The notes below the pieces were generated by a model. That model was given only the letters and a program-made list of their open reading frames with translations, made no database searches and had not been told where the DNA came from. A DNA stretch of 64,000 bases from positions 2,252,459 through 2,316,458 of the forward strand of contig OY969553.1 of NCBI GenBank assembly GCA_963700925.1, read 5' to 3'. Position numbers and translations under genes: made by a program. Shown here piece after piece: positions 55,641 to 64,000 of this stretch; the first letter of the stretch is position 1; every line of letters starts with the position of its first letter. Origin of the DNA: an uncultured Actinomycetota bacterium (lineage in GTDB: Bacteria > Actinomycetota > Actinomycetes > Actinomycetales > CAWJMD01).

Positions 55641-56177
55641 CTACTGGGCGGCGCCCCGTCCTCCTTCCGATTCGTGGGTCAAGTGCTTCTCATAGCGGCG
55701 GACGGGGACCGCGATCGTCGTGCCGCCCCTTCCTTCGGCGGCGTAGTCCAAAGCGCCGCCGTCCGACCATCCGTTGCGCTCGTAGAACCGCCGGGCACGC
55801 GCGTTTCCGGCGACGACCGCCAGCCACGCGCCGGTGTACCTCTCGCCGATCACCGCCTCCCCGTGCTCGAGAAGCATTGCGGCTACTCCGCTTCCGCGAA
55901 CTCGGGCGTCGACGTAGACCTGCTCGATCTCGTCGCCCTGCACCATCACGAACCCGACGACCGCGGAGTCGATGGTGGCGACCGTCGTCGCGTCGAGCCG
56001 CGCGGGGACGCGCTGGCGGAAGTCGGCGAGCTGCCGGTGCGCCACCAGGGCAGCGGGCACGTGACCGAGGTGGCCGTCGGGCCAGCCGCGGTGCCAGAGC
56101 GTGGCGATCGCCTCGACGTCGGCCCGGACGGCCGGCCGGAACGTGGCCACCGTGATCTCGGGAACTGTTGTGGGCAC
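55641..56177 (-). CDS. GNAT-family N-acetyltransferase
   Basis: IEQVYVDARVRGSGVAAMLL...NARARRFYERNGW (acetyl-CoA binding motif A). Confidence 0.85.
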   Translation of the reverse strand: MPTTVPEITVATFRPAVRADVEAIATLWHRGWPDGHLGHVPAALVAHRQLADFRQRVPARLDATTVATIDSAVVGFVMVQGDEIEQVYVDARVRGSGVAAMLLEHGEAVIGERYTGAWLAVVAGNARARRFYERNGWSDGGALDYAAEGRGGTTIAVPVRRYEKHLTHESEGGRGAAQ

Positions 56178-56267
56178 TGGTCCGTCCTTCCTGTTTCTCT
56201 ACCCGCTGCCGAAGGCTCCGTGACTGGCGTATAGTGCTTTGTCAGTGATGAACCTATCGGAGGTGTC

Positions 56268-56849
56268 GTGACTGGTCAAGTGCTTTTCGACAGTTATGAG
56301 AACACGGGTGCTGTCATCGCCGTCGACCTGGTGAACGCGCTGACGCTCGAGCACGCGTACGGCCGCCCCGTCCAGACTCACGAGCCCCTTCCCGCCATCA
56401 GGCGGGTGCTGGAGGTCGACCCACCCTCAGCTGCGCAGCTGAAGGCGCGCCACGTTGCGGGCCTCGTCAGCCTGGCGGGGGAGCTGCGCGGCGTCTTCCA
56501 GAGCCTCCAAGACGGCGACGTGGACTCGGCCGCGAGCAGGCTCAACGAACTGCTGGCGCAGCACCCGACCGACCTTCACCTCGCGAAGGAGGATGGGCGC
56601 TGGCGCCTGCACCACCACCCCGTCGACGCAGCCCTCGTGCCGATGGTCACGGCCATCTCCGCCGAGGCGCTGGCCCGCCTGATCGGTGCCGGTGCAGAGG
56701 GCCGGTTCGGCATCTGCGACAGCGACGACTGCGATCGCGTGTACTTCGACGGGTCCAAGAACGGCAGCCGCCGGTTCTGTTCGACCACGTGCCAGAACAG
56801 GGTCAAGGCCGCCTCGTTCCGGCGCCGTCAGGCGACGACCGGGTCCTGA
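56268..56849 (+). CDS. CGNR zinc-finger (ABATE domain) protein
   Basis: C-terminal CDSDDCDRVYFDGSKNGSRRFCSTTCQNRVKAASFRRR (the CGNR-type Zn ribbon, here CQNR). GGAGG lies 5 nt before GTG 56268. Confidence 0.85.
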   Translation: MTGQVLFDSYENTGAVIAVDLVNALTLEHAYGRPVQTHEPLPAIRRVLEVDPPSAAQLKARHVAGLVSLAGELRGVFQSLQDGDVDSAASRLNELLAQHPTDLHLAKEDGRWRLHHHPVDAALVPMVTAISAEALARLIGAGAEGRFGICDSDDCDRVYFDGSKNGSRRFCSTTCQNRVKAASFRRRQATTGS

Positions 56850-56861
56850 GCTTTCGGGGCC

Positions 56862-57212
56862 TCACAAGAGATTCAGAGCCCTGGCCTCCTCGGCCAGCTC
56901 TTCGCGCACACGGGGGTGGGCGGCGTTGTCGATCAGCCGGTGAGCCTGGGTTCGCTCGTCCACGCCCCACAGCTCGGCCTCGCCCTGCTCGGTCACCACG
57001 ATGCTCGGCTGGAACGACGTCACGGGCTCGTCCACCAGCGGCACGATCCCGGAGCGGTCGGCTCGCGGGTGCAAGGACCTGAGGGCCCTCACCGCCTGGG
57101 TCGACGGCCGACAGCAGCGCGGACGGTGTGGCGTGGTTGCCGCTGACGACGATCCGAGGCTGCGCCGGGAGGGCTCCGAGCGCCTCGGCCACGGCACTCA
57201 TGTCGATGGCTC

Positions 57213-57216
<4 letters not shown>
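56862..57216 (-). pseudogene. Collapsed remnant of an acetyl-CoA hydrolase/transferase gene
   Basis: One frame gives an N-terminus (MRAIDMSAVAEALGALPAQPRIVVSGNHATPSALLSAVD). Another gives a C-terminus (IVPLVDEPVTSFQPSIVVTEQGEAELWGVDERTQAHRLIDNAAHPRVREELAEEA). Both are typical of this roughly 450-500-aa family but sit only about 350 nt apart. Confidence 0.55.
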
Positions 57217-59581
<2,365 letters not shown>

Positions 59582-60490
59582 CTAGACCCGCTCCGGCTTC
59601 AGTCCCCCGATGCTGACGGCGCCCGGGGTCTCCGCGGTCGCCGTCACCGGTGGCACCACCACGACGGGGCAGGTCGCCCGTTGGACCATTTCCCGGCCCA
59701 CCGAGCCGAGCAGCATCGAACGGACCCCGCTGCGCCCACGGGTACCCACCACCAGAAGCTGCGCGTCGCCTGCGTGACGAGTCAGTGCCTCGACCGGATG
59801 CGCCTGGACCAGCAGCTGCTCCACCGCCACGTCGGGAAAGTGCTTCACGACCTCCGCGACGGCCGCCCCGAGGACTGCGCGTGCGTCCAGCAGCACCGGC
59901 TCGTCGGGCCCGCTGACGAAGCCCATGGCGTCCACGACGGGTGGCACGGCCAGGACGAGACGCAGCTTCACTCCGCGGCGGACAGCCTCGTCCGCTGCGA
60001 ATCCGACTGCCTTCGTGGATGTTTCGGAGCCGTCGACCCCGACGAGGACCGGCCCGTGCACGCGAGCCATCGACGCCTTGACGACCATCACCGGGCAGGT
60101 TGCCAGGGTGGTCAGGGCGGCGCTCGTGGACCCGAGGAACATGCGGGCGACCGGACGGTGTCCCTGGCTGCCTGCGACGAGCAGGTCGCCGGGCCGGCAT
60201 GCGTCCAGCACGACGACGGTCGGTGAGCCCGCCTCGATCGTCGTGTCGACGCGGTCGTGGCCGAGAAGGGTTCTGGCCCACTGCGTGGCGTCGTGGGCAG
60301 CCTGTCTCGCCGTCCTCGAGTAGAGGGCGTCGGACGGCGTCGGGTTGGCGAGGACGTCGATGGCGCTCACCAGGTGCAGAGGCGTGTGGCGCGAGACCGC
60401 TTCGTCGACGGCCACCCTCAGGGCGGCCTGCGCGGGCGCTGAGCCATCGAAAGCGATGACGACTCTGGCGATCTCGGTGGGCGAGCCCAT
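59582..60490 (-). CDS. Tandem universal stress protein (two UspA domains)
   Basis: Two repeats of the USP fold ending in LLVAGSQGHRPVARMFLGSTS...CPVMVV and LLVVGTRGRSGVRSMLLGSVG...CPVVVV. Start at MGSPTE (complement 60488-60490). Confidence 0.88.
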   Translation of the reverse strand: MGSPTEIARVVIAFDGSAPAQAALRVAVDEAVSRHTPLHLVSAIDVLANPTPSDALYSRTARQAAHDATQWARTLLGHDRVDTTIEAGSPTVVVLDACRPGDLLVAGSQGHRPVARMFLGSTSAALTTLATCPVMVVKASMARVHGPVLVGVDGSETSTKAVGFAADEAVRRGVKLRLVLAVPPVVDAMGFVSGPDEPVLLDARAVLGAAVAEVVKHFPDVAVEQLLVQAHPVEALTRHAGDAQLLVVGTRGRSGVRSMLLGSVGREMVQRATCPVVVVPPVTATAETPGAVSIGGLKPERV

Positions 60491-60597
60491 GGTGGCGGCC
60501 TCCTGTGGCCAAGCGTGCGCGGCTCCGGGCGGAGCCTCAGTAGAAACTCTCCACGAGGCGCCCTGCAATCATCCAGCGGCGGAGGACCCGTCCGGCA

Positions 60598-60611
60598 GGG
60601 ACCTAGGTCCT
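60598..60611. promoter_or_regulatory. DevR(DosR)-box-like palindrome in the usp / response-regulator divergent promoter region
   Basis: GGGACCTAGGTCCT (GGAC-N4-GTCC core), 36 nt upstream of the regulator ATG. Close to the mycobacterial DevR consensus TTSGGGACTWWAGTCCCSAA. Confidence 0.55.
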
Positions 60612-60646
60612 GACCTTTACCGGGTGCATGAGCGCACACTTGGCAG

Positions 60647-61294
60647 ATGGACCCGATCACCGTCTACCTGCTGGACGACCATGAGGTCGTTCGCGCAGGT
60701 CTGCGCCAGCTGCTGGAGTCCGAGGCCGACATCACCGTGGTCGGGGAGTCGGGGTCCGCCGCCGAGGCTCTCCGCCGCATCCTGGCCATCCGGCCCGACG
60801 TCGCGGTCCTCGACGCACGGCTCCCGGACGGCAGCGGCATCGAGGTGTGCCGCGAGATCCGTTCGCGCGACCCGCAGATCGAGGCACTGATCCTCACCTC
60901 CTTCGACGACGACGACGCCCTCTTCGCAGCGATCCTGGCGGGCGCCTCCGGCTACGTCTTGAAGAACATCCGGGGTTCGGATCTCGTCGACGGCATCCGC
61001 ACTGTCGCCGGCGGAGGGTCCTTGCTCGACCCGGCTGTGACACGGCAAGTCCTGGACCGGCTTCGAAACGGGCCGAAGGAGGACCCGCGGCTGTCAGGTC
61101 TGACCGGGCAGGAGAAACGGATCCTGCACCTGATCGCCGAGGGGATGTCCAACCGCGAGATCGCCGGGGAGATGAGACTGGCGGAGAAGACCGTCAAGAA
61201 CTACGTCTCCAGCCTGCTGGCCAAGCTCGGCATGCAGCGCCGCACGCAGGCTGCGGTCTTCGCGGCCACGCTCGACCCGGAGGCCAGGACCTAG
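60647..61294 (+). CDS. NarL/LuxR-family response regulator (DevR/DosR-like)
   Basis: Receiver (LLDDHEVV...DVAVLDARLPDGSG...LILTSF) and a LuxR HTH (LTGQEKRILHLIAEGMSNREIAGEMRLAEKTVKNYVSSLLAKLG). Confidence 0.92.
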   Translation: MDPITVYLLDDHEVVRAGLRQLLESEADITVVGESGSAAEALRRILAIRPDVAVLDARLPDGSGIEVCREIRSRDPQIEALILTSFDDDDALFAAILAGASGYVLKNIRGSDLVDGIRTVAGGGSLLDPAVTRQVLDRLRNGPKEDPRLSGLTGQEKRILHLIAEGMSNREIAGEMRLAEKTVKNYVSSLLAKLGMQRRTQAAVFAATLDPEART

Positions 61295-61299
61295 GTCCT
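61286..61299. promoter_or_regulatory. Second DevR-box-like palindrome, overlapping the regulator stop codon
   Basis: AGGACCTAGGTCCT. The TAG stop of the regulator (61292-61294) is the palindrome centre. It lies 107 nt upstream of the next gene's ATG. Confidence 0.5.
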
Positions 61300-61405
61300 C
61301 CCAGGAGGGGACGTCCGCCCGGCGCGCGGGCGGGCGGGGCTCCGTAACGTCTGAGGTGCAAGGAGAATTACCTCGGTCGCAGGTCGCGACCTCTCACGAG
61401 GAGAC

Positions 61406-62029
61406 ATGATGAGCGCGTCCACGCACAGAGAACGGTCCCTGCACACCGACGACGTCCACCCAGAGCTTCTGACTCTGGGTAGCGACGAGAGCGATGACGA
61501 CTTCCGCGACCAGGTCCGCGACGAGTCCCACGAGGACAGCCGGGGCACGCGCATCGCTCCGACCATCTGGGGCCTGACCCGCATCGCCCTCAGCACCGTG
61601 TTTCTCTGGGCCTTCATCGACAAGCTGTTCGGCCTCGGTCACGGAACACCCGCAGAGCGCGCGTGGCTGGGCGGCGGGTCGCCCACCACCGGGTACCTCG
61701 GCGGGGTCGAGGGACCGTTGGCGCCCTTCTTCAACGCCATGTCGGGCGCAGTCTGGGCCGACTGGGCCTTCATGCTCGGCCTGCTGGGCATCGGCGTCGC
61801 CCTCGCCCTGGGTGTCACGATGCGCATCGCCGCAGTCTCCGGCGCACTGATGCTGGTGCTGATGTGGGCCGCGTCGCTGCCGCTCGAGAACAACCCCGTC
61901 ATCGACGACCACATCATCTACGCGATCGTGCTGTTCGGCCTCACAGCCGCCCACGCCGGCCGCGGGCTCGGCTTCGGCAAGACCTGGGAGAAGCTTGCGC
62001 TGGTCAAGCGCCTGGCGATCCTGAAGTAG
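61406..62029 (+). CDS. DoxX/DoxD-like membrane protein
   Basis: RIALSTVFLWAFIDKLFGLGHGT...GGSPTTGYL...WADWAFMLGLLGIGVALALG...NPVIDDHIIYAIVL, with four TM helices. GAGGAG lies before the ATG. Confidence 0.7.
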   Translation: MMSASTHRERSLHTDDVHPELLTLGSDESDDDFRDQVRDESHEDSRGTRIAPTIWGLTRIALSTVFLWAFIDKLFGLGHGTPAERAWLGGGSPTTGYLGGVEGPLAPFFNAMSGAVWADWAFMLGLLGIGVALALGVTMRIAAVSGALMLVLMWAASLPLENNPVIDDHIIYAIVLFGLTAAHAGRGLGFGKTWEKLALVKRLAILK

Positions 62030-62045
62030 CGGTCCGTCCCCCAGT

Positions 62046-62085
62046 GTCAGGCCCGCAACCCGCGCGAGTGGGTTGTGGGCCTGAC
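62046..62085 (+). terminator. Long hairpin after the DoxX-like gene
   Basis: 16-bp stem GTCAGGCCCGCAACCC / GGGTTGTGGGCCTGAC (one G-U pair) with loop gcgcgagt. There is no clear U-tract. Confidence 0.45.
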
Positions 62086-62132
62086 GCTTGCCCGACACGC
62101 GGACGCCGTCGGGCACAATGGCTGGGCACGAG

Positions 62133-62222
62133 GGAGGGCTCGCATAGTGGCCTAGTGCGGCGGTCTTGAAAACCGCTAGGGGTGCAAGCTCCTCAAGGGT
62201 TCGAATCCCTTGCCCTCCGCCA
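62133..62222 (+). tRNA. tRNA-Ser (anticodon TGA), CCA encoded
   Basis: Acceptor GGAGGGC/GCCCTCC, anticodon stem-loop GCGGT-CTTGAAA-ACCGC, a long variable arm (class II), T-arm AAGGGTTCGAATCCCTT and a 3' GCCA. Confidence 0.9.
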
Positions 62223-62253
62223 GGTTGGACGCCCGGGTGAATAGCATCGCCCC

Positions 62254-62964
62254 ATGTCTTCGGACGCCAAAGCCCCCCGCCCGGACCCGTCCGATGCTGT
62301 GGTGATCGGTGAACCCCAGTGGCTCCGCGTCGCGTCGTGGATCGTCTGCCCGCTGCTCGGCGCGGCGCTGGCATGGCTGCTCACACGGGCCGACGACTGG
62401 TACCTCGGCCTGTCGTGGGCGCCTTTCCGCGGCCCGGTCCGCCTCTTCGCAGACATTCCCGAGCCCGCGGCCAGCCTGGTGGCGGCGGCTGCCGGACTCG
62501 TCCTGGGCACTGCCTTCGCCGCGGTCTGGGAGCGTGAGCGGGTCACGGTGACGGTGGCGCGCGACCAGGTCGAGGTCCGCCGCATGGGAGCCCACCACGT
62601 GCTGTCGCGTGACGAGGTGGACAGCGTGTTCTTCGGCGCCAAGCACCTGGTGCTGCTCGGAACCGGCGGCACCGAGCTCGTGCGCGAGTCGGTCGACGAG
62701 AAGGGCGAGGTCTTCCGACACGCCTTCCAAGCCCAAGGCTGGCCGTGGACGGGTGACGACCCGCACGCTGACGCCTACGCGATGTGGGTCCCGGGCGCGG
62801 TCGGTGTGCCACCCGTCGCCGGGCCTCTGCTGGCTGCTCGTCAAGAGGCACTCGACGCCAAGAAGTCCGATGACGCCAAGGAGATCCGCTCCGAGCTGCT
62901 CAGGCTTGGCGTGGTCGTCCGAGACGAAAAGACGCGCCAGTACTGGCGTCTCGTGCAGCGCTAG
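62254..62964 (+). CDS. Hypothetical membrane protein (two N-terminal TM helices plus a cytoplasmic domain)
   Basis: High-GC3 236-aa ORF with hydrophobic segments WIVCPLLGAALAWLL and AASLVAAAAGLVLGTAFAAVW. Family not recognised with confidence. Confidence 0.6.
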   Translation: MSSDAKAPRPDPSDAVVIGEPQWLRVASWIVCPLLGAALAWLLTRADDWYLGLSWAPFRGPVRLFADIPEPAASLVAAAAGLVLGTAFAAVWERERVTVTVARDQVEVRRMGAHHVLSRDEVDSVFFGAKHLVLLGTGGTELVRESVDEKGEVFRHAFQAQGWPWTGDDPHADAYAMWVPGAVGVPPVAGPLLAARQEALDAKKSDDAKEIRSELLRLGVVVRDEKTRQYWRLVQR

Positions 62965-63602
62965 ACGGTGCTAGGCGGTTCGCCTCTCGTGTGGATGCGG
63001 AACACCGTGAACCGCCGCGACAACAGGTCGACTGCCGGCCCGAGCAGCAGGATCACGAGGATCGTGCCCGGCCCGATGGCCGCACCGAGGAGCCAGCCGA
63101 CGAGCGCACCGCCGCCTTGCACGATCGTGTAGCTCCACCTGAACGGGAGAGGGGGGTCCCAGGCCAGCGCCGCTGCCTCGGTCGGCCCGGCGCCCGTGCC
63201 GCTGCCCAGGTAGCCCGCGACGCCCACTGCCAGAACGGGAAACGCCAACGCGAGCAGAACGGCCCGCCACACGATGTGGTCCGGCTGCTGCAGCACCGCC
63301 ATGGCCGCGGAGACCGTGAAGCCGACGACGACGGGCTGCACGACAGTGCCTAGACCGGGCCGCAGCCCACGTGCCCACGCCATCGCGACCAGGACCACAC
63401 CCACCAGGCAGTTCACGACGACGAACGGCAGGCCGGTCGTGATGGAAAGCCCGTTGATGAGGGTCGAGTAGCCGTCGGACCCGAGGGCGGCCCTCAGCAG
63501 CATCGCGATTCCGACGCCGAGCACCACGCACGAGACGACCAGCGCGACGACGGCCCGTGTGCCCTGGACCAGCGTGGTCGCGCCGCGAGCAGGAGTGGTC
63601 AT
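62961..63602 (-). CDS. YczE/YitT-like polytopic membrane protein
   Basis: LGVGIAMLLRAALGSDGYSTLINGLS... and five or six TM helices. The start at MTTPARG (complement 63600-63602) overlaps the upstream stop. Confidence 0.6.
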   Translation of the reverse strand: MTTPARGATTLVQGTRAVVALVVSCVVLGVGIAMLLRAALGSDGYSTLINGLSITTGLPFVVVNCLVGVVLVAMAWARGLRPGLGTVVQPVVVGFTVSAAMAVLQQPDHIVWRAVLLALAFPVLAVGVAGYLGSGTGAGPTEAAALAWDPPLPFRWSYTIVQGGGALVGWLLGAAIGPGTILVILLLGPAVDLLSRRFTVFRIHTRGEPPSTV

Positions 63603-64000
63603 TCCGTTCGGGCAGCGAGGTTCTGCAGGCGCACCTGCCCACGTGCGATGAGCCGCCCCTCGGCGTCGTGCGTCTCGACCACCCACACCTGCTGGCTTCG
63701 GCCTTGGTGGATCGGCTCGGCCACGCTGGTCAGCTCGCCCTCGCTGACCGCCCGGTAGAAGTCGGTCTGGTTGCTGACGCCCACGACCTGGCCGCGCTCG
63801 CCGAACCAGACACCGGCCCCCACGCTGGCGAGGGTCTCCACGACGGAGCAGTGCGCCCCCCCGTGCACGATGCCGTACGGCTGCGCGAGGTGCGGGCCGG
63901 CGGTCCAGGTGCCGACCACACGCTGACCCGTCACCTCGGTCATGCGAAGCCCGAGGTACTCGATGAAGGGGCTGGTCAGCTCCTGGAGGGCAGCGTCCAG
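63599..64000 (-). CDS. PaaI/hotdog-fold thioesterase (partial; N-terminus beyond the window edge)
   Basis: PYGIVHGGAHCSVVETLASVG...VSNQTDFYRAV...QVWVVETHDAEGRLIARGQVRL. The frame stays open upstream to position 64000 (LDAALQELTSPFIEYLGLRMTEV). Confidence 0.8.
   Translation of the reverse strand: MDAALQELTSPFIEYLGLRMTEVTGQRVVGTWTAGPHLAQPYGIVHGGAHCSVVETLASVGAGVWFGERGQVVGVSNQTDFYRAVSEGELTSVAEPIHQGRSQQVWVVETHDAEGRLIARGQVRLQNLAARTE

Noticed and set aside
62133-62964. tRNA-Ser as the attachment site of an integrated element
   Set aside because: There is no integrase or excisionase, no direct repeat of the tRNA 3' end found by eye, and no compositional shift downstream. The neighbouring genes look like ordinary membrane and thioesterase genes.

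Overview
64-kb window of a high-GC (about 70%) actinobacterial chromosome. Lineage markers are the proteasome accessory genes (Bpa with a C-terminal GQYL, and a PAC2 protein), a conservon (cvnA-D-like), a DevS/DevR-like dormancy module and pheA...serS synteny. I call about 70 protein genes, one tRNA-Ser(TGA), several hairpin terminators and a few short tandem repeats. I found no rRNA, CRISPR array, transposase or integrase. Most long ORFs in the six-frame track are shadow frames typical of high-GC DNA; real frames were chosen by recognisable motifs, third-position GC bias, RBS and gene packing.

Most of the window is core metabolism and cell envelope: arcA, pheA, serS, cysK-cysE, larB-larC, GT2/MptB-like, a MacAB-like ABC exporter, and cysteine dioxygenase with a rhodanese.

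The most accessory-looking stretch is about 3.2-10.3 kb. It holds an SSI-like lipoprotein, a cluster of GCCTCGT palindromes, an orphan ORC/AAA-type ATPase and a mobile mystery protein A/B (HTH + Fic) pair. That pair is preceded by four operator-like boxes at exact 33-bp spacing and bridged by an unannotated small hydrophobic ORF. A run of small Cys-containing secreted proteins follows.

Other points worth a second look:
- a Cys-Cys-terminated upstream ORF ahead of the cysteine dioxygenase operon
- a stand-alone OLD-type Toprim gene translationally coupled to the DevS-like kinase
- two DevR-box-like palindromes
- a larB-larC-UPF0016 transporter operon without larA or larE
- an ECF sigma-MGMT operon
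- several decayed gene remnants

All functional names come from motif recognition by eye. No database search was run.
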